This document shows positions 31,004-39,819 of a stretch of DNA of 64,000 nucleotides, piece after piece. The DNA lies in assembly GCA_965227295.1 (NCBI GenBank), contig OZ245742.1, forward strand, positions 3,648,001-3,712,000, written 5' to 3'. Origin of the DNA: Leptonemataceae bacterium. Its GTDB lineage: Bacteria > Spirochaetota > Leptospiria > Leptospirales > Leptonemataceae. The stretch's first letter is position 1. Every line of letters starts with the position of its first letter. Position numbers and translations under genes: made by a program. Below the pieces are notes generated by a model. That model was given only the letters and a program-made list of their open reading frames with translations, had not been told where the DNA came from and did no database searches.

Positions 31004-31148
31004 GTAGACTGTTTTTCTCATGCGGGCTTTGGGATGGCAATCAGAATTTGCGGCGCGGCACGAAACAGCTATGAATCCAGCAGGAAATCCAGGCGTGTGT
31101 CGGTCTTCGCGGCGCTGATCTCAAGGATCTCCGCCCGGAAGCAGTGGA

Positions 31149-34100
31149 TCACAGCTTGTGGCCGCTGAACGCGAGGTCCTGCAGGACCCGGGTCGCGCCG
31201 GCATCGGCGCCGGCCTCGGTGACGACGACATCCCCGGTATTTAGATACAGCACGGCCGTCAGGCTTCCGTTGGGGCGTTGACCGGAACTTTCGCCCGCCC
31301 GGGCACGTCCACGGTAGTTGCCGTTGACACGCAGTTCGACGTACACGTCGTCGGTCGTGCTGCCGTCAAAGACACTGCTGATGAATTGAATGCTGAACGA
31401 GTAGAGTCCCGGCACCGGTGCTATAAACTGCGTGCCGTCGAAGGCGTTGCCGACGTTCGTGTAGATGTTGATGTAGTTCGTGATCGCCTGGCCTGAGCCG
31501 CTGGAGCTGTGATCGGTGACCGCATAGAAACCGATCTCCTGCTTCGGCGCGATGCCCGGCGACGTCAGCTTGAGTAACTGCACGCGGGTGTAGATTTCGG
31601 GTTCGCTGATATTGGAAGCGATGCCCATGTTACCGGCTTCCGAAGGCGCCGGAATGTAATGTTCAATGATGAACGTCTTCGGTGAGCTGATCTCGAAGAT
31701 ACCGGTGATCGAAGCCGTCGTAGAACCTATCCCTGCGCCCTGGTCTGCATAGGTATTGGTTCCGAAGAGTGCCACCGTTGAGTCCGTGATATTCGTCAGC
31801 CTGGCTCTCGTAATATTCACCCGGTGTGCCGGGACCTCGGCGTCGATCTGATACGTTCCAGCCGGGAGCGTGAACTGATTTCCGCTGAGGGCTACGCCGC
31901 TGATGTTTGTGTCGAGCATGTTCAGATCGCGCGTAACATAACCTCCCGCCGGCGGTTGCCCGCCCGGAGTTCCCGCCGGTTTCTGATCGTAGATCATCGC
32001 ATAGCCGCCGGTGTTGACCTGCAACGTATCGCGGACCTTCATGATCCAGACGACCGTCATGTTTACCGGACGGGTTTCGGTGCCGGTGCGCCCGTCCTTG
32101 ACCTCGTCGACGCCGGTGTACACGGCTTCGAAATTCGCGAATCCGTTGCCCAGGTCCGCATAGTAAGGAGGGCCGTTGAAAATCGGTCCGGTGCTTCGCC
32201 CGCGCAGGTAGTGCGTGTGGTCCTCGAACTGATCGTCCTCGAACGTGCCCGACGTCGTATCGCCGCGCAAAAACGCGCCCTTCGTATTCCAGGTCTCTTT
32301 CGGATTGTTGAGATCCGGCATGGTTTCGCCGTTGTAGATCGACTGCGGATCGATCAGCACCTGACCGTTACACTCCACCCAGCCGTCCGGCAATTGCGGC
32401 GTGCCGGCAAGCGACTTGTGCCAGGCGAGAATCGTGCCCACGGGCAGATGCGAGCCGCCGGCTGCCGTGCTCTGGAACGACCCGTCGGGAAAGAGAATGC
32501 CGTCGACGCCGGGGGTGCCGCCGACGTGTAACTTCGCCTGAGGAGAAGTTTGATCGATGCCGACGTTGCCGCGATCGTAGTTGATGCCGCCGCTGACCGC
32601 TTCCCACTGGCCGCCCAGGCCGGTGGCGTCGATGAGCTTCGTAATGTAAACCTGTGAGTAGATTTCGTCGAGGCCGGTGATGCCCGAGGCGACACCCATG
32701 TCGTTGCTGCCCCAGGAGGTTTGAATAAAGTGCTGAAGTTCGAACGTGGATTCGGAGCCGATACTGATCACGCCGGCGGCGGTGGCGATCGTGGAGTTGT
32801 TCGTGCCGCTTTCGTTGAACGCCGACTGCCCGTCCAGGGCCACATTGTTCGTGGAGAGGTTGTACAGACGCAGGCGATGTACGTCGGCGCGGTAGTTCGG
32901 TGCCGTGGCCAGTACACGGTACGTGCCCGGCGGTAAGGTAATCTGATTCGAATCTAAGGATACCCCGTCCAGGTTTGTGGCGACCGTATTCAGGTCCCGG
33001 GTGTTCCAGGAGTTTCCGACGGCTGTGCCGCCCTGGGTGGCCGACGGCTTGCGGTCTTCGAACAACGCATAGCCCGCCGTGGGTTCGACGAACGAGCCCA
33101 GGGTGACCTTCATGATCCACACCACGGCCATGTTCGCCGGGCGAGTTTCCATGCCGTAGCGCGGATTGCCGTTGATTTGATCATTCACCGGCCGTGTGCT
33201 CATGTGTTCAGCGACGGGGGAGTTGTTATCACCACCTCCGGCGCCGGTGTTATTCTGAGGATACTGACCTTCATTCGTGCCGGCATGAGGATACACGCGG
33301 TGAATGTGTCCCTGAAACGTATCCTGTTGCGGAGTGCCGCCGCTCGTGTTGCCGCCGCGGAGAAAGAGACCGCCTTCGTTCCAGGTATCCAGGGGATTGT
33401 TTAAATCCGGCGTGTTCATGCCGACGTACGGCGAATCCGGGTCCGTGATCTCCTGTCCATCACACTCCAACCAGCCGGGCGGGAGCGGTGGTATGCTGCC
33501 GTCGAAGTTCTTGTGCCACGCCAGGATCGTACCCAGCGGTAGATTGTCACCGCCGGAGATGGCGCCGTTCCCGCCGCCGCCCGCGGTGGTTTGCACGGAG
33601 CCGTCGGGAAAACGAATGCCCCCCGCCGTTGTTTCGATGACACCGCCGACGGTGAGCCGGGACGTGGGATTGTCCGTGCCCACGCCGACATTGCCGCTGC
33701 CGCTTTGAATGTAGAGTACGGACTGTTCCGAGGCGGAGAGGGCTTCTTCCGGATTAGAAGTTACTGAGGGATCATTAGCGGCGAAGCGCCGGATGAGATC
33801 GCGGCCGGGCAGGGCGAGGGTGGTATAGCTGCGATTGTTGTAGATGTCGAGGACTTCCGCTTCGGAGAGCCCGGAGTTGTAGACGCGCACGTCGTCCAGT
33901 TCACCGAACAGACCGCCGCCGGCATGAAAGGCCGCGGCGAGGCGCTTCGGATTCGCAAGGCTGACGGGTTCGGTCCGCGGCGGCACGTACGGATTCCCGG
34001 TGATGAAATCATTCGTGATGCGCTGGCCGTTGACGTAGGCCTCGAAGTCGGAGCCGCGGCGCGCGAGTACGAAGTGCGTCCAGATGCCGCGCGGATCGGG

Positions 34101-36845
34101 GATGACTGTTTGATACTGGGTGTAGACCGAAACGCCGGTGTAGTACACGAAGTGCCGTACGGTGGGCACGCCGGAGTTGATGTCCACTTCCAGGCCGAAG
34201 CTGTCGTCGACGATGCTGCCGTCTCCGCGAAAATCCAGGAAGACGTAGACGCCGTCACCGGCGCTCGCGTCGATTCTCACCCAGGCCATCACGGTAAAAT
34301 CGTTGAGGCTCGCCGGTGAATTGAAGGCCGGAACCGAGACGTACTCGTCCCCCGTGCCGGATTGCAGCGCCAGGTCGAAGCGGCCGGGCACCCAGGTCGT
34401 TCCGCCGACGGTCGTGCCGTTGTAGCCGTTGCCCGAGGTATCCAGGATGTTCGCCCCGGAGCCCTCGTCGAAGTTGTACGCGGCCAGCATGCCGTCGATG
34501 CGCCGCACGAAGACGTTGTCCGCCGACGTCGATGTCACGGCGTCCGGGTTGCCGTAGTACATGTAAATCGTGCGCGTACTGCCGCCGCTCAGGGTCGACA
34601 AGCGCACCCAGACGATTGTCGTGGCCGTGTTCACCCCGCTCTCGATCCAGTGCGGCAGGGCCGTGAGTTCGTCGTTGTCGAGGAACAATAGATCGCCGGC
34701 GTCCGCGCGCAGTTTGCCCGCGCCGATGAGGGCCGCCGTGTCGATCGTAAACTTTATCTGAAAATTACTTAAGGTTGATCCGTTGGCCGTGTTGTCGATC
34801 ACCAGGGGCATGCGATACGAGCGTCCGGCGACGCCCTGGATGGTGGCATCCACGCGCAGCGGCGTGTCGAGCGCATTCACCGAACGTACTCGCAGTCCGT
34901 CCTCGATTTCCAGAACGCCCGAGCTGTGGTCCGACTGGATGCGTCCGGCAATCGTAACGGTGTCTTCGTCCTGATCGCCCAGCAAAACGTCGCCGGGGAC
35001 CTGCTCGGTTTCTTTTGCGATGACATCGCCCCGCACGGTGAAGTTGCCTTTGACCTCTAAGTCGCCTTCGATGACATCGCCGGCGCGGTTGACCTTGATT
35101 TCGCCGAGGGTATCCAGGGCCTGGGCCACCGTTTCGACCCCGTCCATCAAATCATTGCTATCCGGGTCCGGAACCGGGGCGGGGCTGTGTTCCGTTGCCG
35201 TGCTGATGTTCTTGTGAGCACGAAAACGAACCACGGACTTCGTGGGATTGCCGTCCGCGTCGAGTAAGGTTGCCTGGGCTTGCTGGATGTCGCGCGCGGC
35301 GCCGGTGGTCCAGGTCACCGCGGCGATCCCGTCGGCGTCGGCGATGACGTTCACCGGGCTGCCGGTGTTGCCGGCGTCGGACGCGTCCGTGAGCGAACCC
35401 GCCCCGTCCACAATCTGAAAACGTACGGTGGACCCCGGCACCGGCTCCCGTCCCGCCGCCACGACGACCCGCAGTTCTTCCTGCAACGTCGCATTGGGCA
35501 GCAACGATTGGCCGTCCCCGCCGGCATAGTTCAGCACGGCGTCGCTCAGGGCCGGAAAGATGTGTCGCGCATCGGCGATTTCGCTAAACGTACCGCCGGT
35601 TAATCTTAGAAATCCCAGGCGCGCGTAGTGCCGCGTATTTTCGCTCCGCAGAGCGGCCGGTCCGGAGGCGGCCATGGGCCATTCAATGTTGCGGTTGGTA
35701 ACGCGGGCGGGAATCATCCAGTAGTCGCCGCTGCGATACAGACGTCCGGACGCCGCCGTATCGAAGGCGACTTCGATCCCGGCATCGAGTTCGAAAAACT
35801 CGCCGTCTTCCGGTACCGCGGGTTCGGCAAGCACGCTGATCGTATCCCAGAGTCGCAGTCGCCGGACTCCACGGTTGAAATCGTTAATATCCAGGGAAGT
35901 AATGCTAACATCGTAGTGTGCGATGCTGTCGGGATCGATGGTCAGGCTGTTCCCACTGACGGCGACGATTCGCGCAAGTGTGCCGGGCCGGCCTTCGAGT
36001 TCCAGGCCCTCATCAATGATCTCAATCCACTTGCCGGCCTGGAAGTCCGTCTCGCGATCCCGGCCGGTTCCGCGTACCGTGAGGGTGATGCCGTCGGATT
36101 CCAGGGCCAGCCACTCGCTTACGATTGTGCCGTTGTTGCGCGACCATTTGTACGTGGCGGTACCGGGCGCGCCCCCGTTGTGAATCTCCACTCGATAGAG
36201 AAGATTGTCCGATCCCGTGTAACCGCCGCGGGCGCCGATCTCGCACGGATCGGTGGAAACGCCGTCAGCGGCGGTGCGGGCCGTGAGCCGCCCGCGCGAG
36301 CTTTCCGCGTCGGCGTTGATCAATGTCGTCCACTCGGGAGGAATCGATGCCGCCGTGTAGTTCGCATCGGCGAGCTCCAGTAACTTCACCTGATGTAAGA
36401 TTTGCACCCGCGCGCTGCCGTCGATACCGCCCAGGGCGATCTCGCGGATGGCCGGATCTTCCAGCCAGGTAACTCCGCGGCGCCGGACTTCCAGGTAAGC
36501 CAGATACACGCCGTCATTCGCGGGCAGGGCGCTGCCGGGTAAATCAGCTTGTTCTGTGAAGAGAACGTCGGCGGCGTTTTCGCAGAGCAGGCCTTCGAGA
36601 TAAAAACGTCCCGCTGAAATCGTAAGGTCGGAGCCGGAGCCGTTCGGGCTTACGTGAAAACCTCCGTCCTCCCGCGGCGCACCGGAGCGGCCGATGCCGT
36701 CCCGAGCGAGGAGTGTGTCCCGGCGTACCGTCAGGTCGGCTTGCTCGTTCCAGTCGGCGTCCGTGAGGATGCGCCCCTGCTGCTGGCGCACAGATTCGTA
36801 GTTACGATCCGGCTGTAAAGAGTTCCGGGAAATGTCGGTTTTCAT
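31149..36845 (-). CDS. DUF6519-type tail-fibre-like mosaic protein (Ig-like, DUF2341, LamG, two tail-collar modules, C1q-like C-terminus)
   Basis: N-terminus 'MKTDISR...YESVRQQQGRILTDADWNEQ', 'GGYTGSDNLLYRVEIH', 'YRSGDYWMIPAR'; 'IYMYYGNP'; 'AAYNFDEGSG'; 'PxGTILAW..GWxECxGQ' twice; 'FIAPVPGLYSFS'. Confidence 0.85.
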   Translation of the reverse strand: MKTDISRNSLQPDRNYESVRQQQGRILTDADWNEQADLTVRRDTLLARDGIGRSGAPREDGGFHVSPNGSGSDLTISAGRFYLEGLLCENAADVLFTEQADLPGSALPANDGVYLAYLEVRRRGVTWLEDPAIREIALGGIDGSARVQILHQVKLLELADANYTAASIPPEWTTLINADAESSRGRLTARTAADGVSTDPCEIGARGGYTGSDNLLYRVEIHNGGAPGTATYKWSRNNGTIVSEWLALESDGITLTVRGTGRDRETDFQAGKWIEIIDEGLELEGRPGTLARIVAVSGNSLTIDPDSIAHYDVSITSLDINDFNRGVRRLRLWDTISVLAEPAVPEDGEFFELDAGIEVAFDTAASGRLYRSGDYWMIPARVTNRNIEWPMAASGPAALRSENTRHYARLGFLRLTGGTFSEIADARHIFPALSDAVLNYAGGDGQSLLPNATLQEELRVVVAAGREPVPGSTVRFQIVDGAGSLTDASDAGNTGSPVNVIADADGIAAVTWTTGAARDIQQAQATLLDADGNPTKSVVRFRAHKNISTATEHSPAPVPDPDSNDLMDGVETVAQALDTLGEIKVNRAGDVIEGDLEVKGNFTVRGDVIAKETEQVPGDVLLGDQDEDTVTIAGRIQSDHSSGVLEIEDGLRVRSVNALDTPLRVDATIQGVAGRSYRMPLVIDNTANGSTLSNFQIKFTIDTAALIGAGKLRADAGDLLFLDNDELTALPHWIESGVNTATTIVWVRLSTLSGGSTRTIYMYYGNPDAVTSTSADNVFVRRIDGMLAAYNFDEGSGANILDTSGNGYNGTTVGGTTWVPGRFDLALQSGTGDEYVSVPAFNSPASLNDFTVMAWVRIDASAGDGVYVFLDFRGDGSIVDDSFGLEVDINSGVPTVRHFVYYTGVSVYTQYQTVIPDPRGIWTHFVLARRGSDFEAYVNGQRITNDFITGNPYVPPRTEPVSLANPKRLAAAFHAGGGLFGELDDVRVYNSGLSEAEVLDIYNNRSYTTLALPGRDLIRRFAANDPSVTSNPEEALSASEQSVLYIQSGSGNVGVGTDNPTSRLTVGGVIETTAGGIRFPDGSVQTTAGGGGNGAISGGDNLPLGTILAWHKNFDGSIPPLPPGWLECDGQEITDPDSPYVGMNTPDLNNPLDTWNEGGLFLRGGNTSGGTPQQDTFQGHIHRVYPHAGTNEGQYPQNNTGAGGGDNNSPVAEHMSTRPVNDQINGNPRYGMETRPANMAVVWIMKVTLGSFVEPTAGYALFEDRKPSATQGGTAVGNSWNTRDLNTVATNLDGVSLDSNQITLPPGTYRVLATAPNYRADVHRLRLYNLSTNNVALDGQSAFNESGTNNSTIATAAGVISIGSESTFELQHFIQTSWGSNDMGVASGITGLDEIYSQVYITKLIDATGLGGQWEAVSGGINYDRGNVGIDQTSPQAKLHVGGTPGVDGILFPDGSFQSTAAGGSHLPVGTILAWHKSLAGTPQLPDGWVECNGQVLIDPQSIYNGETMPDLNNPKETWNTKGAFLRGDTTSGTFEDDQFEDHTHYLRGRSTGPIFNGPPYYADLGNGFANFEAVYTGVDEVKDGRTGTETRPVNMTVVWIMKVRDTLQVNTGGYAMIYDQKPAGTPGGQPPAGGYVTRDLNMLDTNISGVALSGNQFTLPAGTYQIDAEVPAHRVNITRARLTNITDSTVALFGTNTYADQGAGIGSTTASITGIFEISSPKTFIIEHYIPAPSEAGNMGIASNISEPEIYTRVQLLKLTSPGIAPKQEIGFYAVTDHSSSGSGQAITNYINIYTNVGNAFDGTQFIAPVPGLYSFSIQFISSVFDGSTTDDVYVELRVNGNYRGRARAGESSGQRPNGSLTAVLYLNTGDVVVTEAGADAGATRVLQDLAFSGHKL

Positions 36846-37002
36846 ACTGCGTCTCCGGTCCGCAGTACGCGGGTACGATCGATCGTCGCAACCGGCTCTT
36901 GCTGTGAGATCTATCGTGTTCGGGTTTTATCCGCGTGAATTGTATATGTTTACCGGAGGACGGCTTTACGGAGCAGAGTGTGCAGGAAAGCATGGTTGTC
37001 GC

Positions 37003-37422
37003 ATGAACTACTGGCTGATCAAGAGCGAACCCTATGAATACAGCTTCGCGGACCTGGAACGCGAAGGGGAATCCATGTGGGACGGCATCCGGAACTACCA
37101 GGCCCGCAACAATCTGCGCGAAATGAAAAAAGGCGACAAACTCTTGTTCTATCACAGCAACGAGGGCCTGGAGATCGTCGGCATTGCGAAAGTGGTGAAG
37201 GCGGCGTATCCGGATCCCACGGTCAAGGCCGACGCGAAACAAAAGGACTGGTCCGCCGTCGACGTGGCCCCGGTGAAACGGCTGAAACGCGGCGTGAGTC
37301 TCAAAGAAGTTAAGGCCGATCCCGTGTTGAAAGAGAGCGCCCTGGTGAAGAACTCGCGGTTGTCCGTGCAGCCGTTTACGAAAGAGCAATTCGATCGCGT
37401 GGTGGAGCTGTCTAAGAGTTGA
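37003..37422 (+). CDS. EVE domain protein
   Basis: 'MNYWLIKSEP', 'WDGIRNYQARN', 'FYHSN', 'SRLSVQP'. Confidence 0.95.
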   Translation: MNYWLIKSEPYEYSFADLEREGESMWDGIRNYQARNNLREMKKGDKLLFYHSNEGLEIVGIAKVVKAAYPDPTVKADAKQKDWSAVDVAPVKRLKRGVSLKEVKADPVLKESALVKNSRLSVQPFTKEQFDRVVELSKS

Positions 37423-37425
37423 TCA

Positions 37426-37544
37426 ACCACCGAGGCTCCGAGGTCACCGGGGAAGATTGGGGAGCGCGTACGTACTGGAATTGCGCGCCGGCTACGATCA
37501 CGCTCTACTTCTTTTTGTCTCGGCGCCCTCGGTGTCTCGGTGGT
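37426..37544. repeat. Inverted pair of family B repeats (37426-37451 +, 37519-37544 -)
   Basis: ACCACCGAG GCTCCGAG GTCACCGGG on plus and ACCACCGAG ACACCGAG GGCGCCGAG on minus, between convergent genes. Confidence 0.75.
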
Positions 37545-38131
37545 TGATTCCTGATTTTCTCGTAACAATGGCAGTCGATCGTATGATCGTTCACCATGCC
37601 CACGGCCTGCATGAACGCATACACGATCGTCGGGCCCACGAACTTGAAGCCGCGCTGTTTCAGTTCCTTGCTCATGGCCTGCGCTTCTTTCGTTTCGGTG
37701 GGCACCTGCTTGATGTTCTTCCAGGCGTTCTGGATCGGCCGGCCGTCCACGAAGTCCCACAGAAAATCGGCGAAGGATCCGAGTTCGTCGCGTAGTTTTA
37801 AGTATGCCTTCGCATTGCCGATGAACGCGTCGATCTTCAAACGATTGCGCACGATGCCCTCGTTCTTTAACAGCGCCTCACGTTTCTTTTGCGTGTAGCG
37901 CGCCATCTTTTCGGCGTCGAATTGATCGAAGGCCTTGCGATAGCCGTCGCGTTTTTTTAAGATGATGAACCAGCTCAGGCCGGCCTGGGCGCCGTCCAGC
38001 AGTAACTTCTCGAACAGCGCGCGGTCGTCGTACTCCGGCACGCCCCATTCGGTGTCATGGTAGTGCTCGTACATCTCATTGCCTGCGGGAACCCAGGCGC
38101 AACGGATGATGGGATTCTTCGATTCAGGCAT
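37505..38131 (-). CDS. tag: DNA-3-methyladenine glycosylase I
   Basis: 'RCAW', 'YHDTEWG', 'QAGLSW', 'GFKFVGPT', 'NDHTIDC'. Confidence 0.95.
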   Translation of the reverse strand: MPESKNPIIRCAWVPAGNEMYEHYHDTEWGVPEYDDRALFEKLLLDGAQAGLSWFIILKKRDGYRKAFDQFDAEKMARYTQKKREALLKNEGIVRNRLKIDAFIGNAKAYLKLRDELGSFADFLWDFVDGRPIQNAWKNIKQVPTETKEAQAMSKELKQRGFKFVGPTIVYAFMQAVGMVNDHTIDCHCYEKIRNQPPRHRGRRDKKK

Positions 38132-38795
38132 CAAACGAACACGCAATGATTCTGCTGATGTGTGCGAACGGTCGTCCGCTTTCTTGCTGCCACGTACCAA
38201 ACGCGTCCTGCACGGCGGCCCAGTCGCGTTTCGATGACGGATCTTTTTTTACGACGCCCTGGTGAATCAAATAGCCCGTAACATCCTTCGAAAGCAGGAA
38301 GGTGTCCTTGCCCATGCCGCGCAGAAAGTAGAGGCCGGAGTTTCCGCCCAGGCGTGAGGCCCGCTTTTTTAGAAGATCGCGGAGTCCGACGATGTCCGTC
38401 GCCGGCCAATCGGCCACGAACTTCGCGAAGCTCCCGTGTTCTTTCTGAATGTCCGTGATGAATACCGCGTTCGCCCGTACGGTTTTGATCTTCATGAAAT
38501 TGCGCACGATGCTCGCGTCGGCGGCGAGTTTTTCCAGGGCCTCGTCGCTCAGTCGCGCGCACTTGCGCGGATCAAAGCCGGCGAAGGCGCGCTCGAAGTT
38601 CGGCCACTTGTTCTCAATGACCTGCCAGGAAAAACCCGCGCGAAAGACACAGGCGGTCATCTCCGCCAGGAAACGATCGTCGGGTATATTGCTCAGTTGT
38701 TTCGCGGATCTGACTTTCGGAAGGAGCTTTTCCAGTTCCTGTTCACCGCCCTTGCGTTTGGCAGCGCGGGCATAGATTCTTGCGAAGGGCTCCAT
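38124..38795 (-). CDS. Second Tag-family glycosylase-like protein
   Basis: 'VFRAGFSWQVIENKWPNFERAF', 'IVRNFMKI'; lacks the zinc ligands of canonical Tag. Confidence 0.85.
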   Translation of the reverse strand: MEPFARIYARAAKRKGGEQELEKLLPKVRSAKQLSNIPDDRFLAEMTACVFRAGFSWQVIENKWPNFERAFAGFDPRKCARLSDEALEKLAADASIVRNFMKIKTVRANAVFITDIQKEHGSFAKFVADWPATDIVGLRDLLKKRASRLGGNSGLYFLRGMGKDTFLLSKDVTGYLIHQGVVKKDPSSKRDWAAVQDAFGTWQQESGRPFAHISRIIACSFDA

Positions 38796-38854
38796 GAATC
38801 AGCAGCATTTGCCGGCACGTTCCTTCCTGCAAGAATAGCTTTGCCGCCGGCGTC

Positions 38855-39469
38855 TCAATGTGCGCCGGCGACCACGAACGCCGGAATCAAACGTTCCAGG
38901 TTTCGCATTTGTTCGTTCAGGTATTCGGGGCTGTTGTAGCTCTTGGCCACCGTGAGACTGCCCTGGATGTGCGTGTAGATGCAACGCGCGGCAGCCTCGG
39001 CGTCCAGGTCTTCGAGGTCGCCGCTTTCCGCGGCATCGCGCAGCGTAGAGGTCAGCAGGGAGATGATGAGATCGTTCCAGCGCGTGCCGGCCACGCGCAC
39101 GTTCTCATGGCGGGTACCGACTTCGACACCAAGGTTTCCGAAGGGACAACCGCAGATGTGGCCGGTCTCTTCGCGTTTTTGCATCTGTGCCTCGACGATG
39201 TATCGGGACAGGCGCTCCAGGCGTTCCAGCGGGGGGATATCGTCGGCGAAGACGTGCTCGCGTAGATGATCCTCCTGGCCGCGGAGGTTCTCGTCCATCA
39301 CCTCAAGCATCAGCGCTTCCTTTGTACGAAAGAAGTAGTAGAAGCTGCCCTTGTTCATTCCAGTGCTCGTGCAGATTTGATCCACGCTCACTGACTCGTA
39401 GCCGTTTTCCCAGACCAGGCGTGTGGCCGCTTCCAGAAGGCGTTTCCGTCCGTCACTGCGTTTACCCAT
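38855..39469 (-). CDS. TetR/AcrR family regulator (NemR-like)
   Basis: HTH 'SVDQICTSTGMNKGSFYYFFRTKE'; 'GCPFGN'. Confidence 0.92.
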   Translation of the reverse strand: MGKRSDGRKRLLEAATRLVWENGYESVSVDQICTSTGMNKGSFYYFFRTKEALMLEVMDENLRGQEDHLREHVFADDIPPLERLERLSRYIVEAQMQKREETGHICGCPFGNLGVEVGTRHENVRVAGTRWNDLIISLLTSTLRDAAESGDLEDLDAEAAARCIYTHIQGSLTVAKSYNSPEYLNEQMRNLERLIPAFVVAGAH

Positions 39470-39673
39470 AATGAAAATCTCCGAAAATTATACAATCGGT
39501 CAACAGGATTACGGCGTGGTCATTAGACAACCGGCCGATCAGGCGGACCGAACCTGTTAAAAATGACAATTTCGACGGAGATTTTTGCGTACAAAATTAG
39601 AAAAGTGTGTGTGGGGGGGAGGCTATCGGTTGATCGATTCCCCACCGAGCGCGAAGCGCGGAGGGGAACGCCT

Positions 39674-39794
39674 GGGCGCATCGCCGCTATGCGGCGACCG
39701 GGCTTTCCAGGGCTCCGCTACGCTTCGGTCCTGCGCGCTTCGCGCTCCGGACTCGCGGCTAACGCCGCGACCCTTACAATCCCTTGCGCGAAGA
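39674..39794 (-). repeat. Family A element, copy 5
   Basis: Minus strand reads TCTTCGCGCAAGGGATTGTAAGGG...CCCTGGAAAGCCCGGTCGCCGC ATA GCGGCGATGCGCCC. Confidence 0.85.
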
Positions 39795-39819
39795 ACCGGA
39801 GCGAATGCTTCGCCCCACC

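Noticed and set aside
31149..36845. Prophage or diversity-generating retroelement around the fibre gene
   Set aside because: No capsid, terminase, integrase or reverse transcriptase, and no near-identical template/variable repeat pair was seen.
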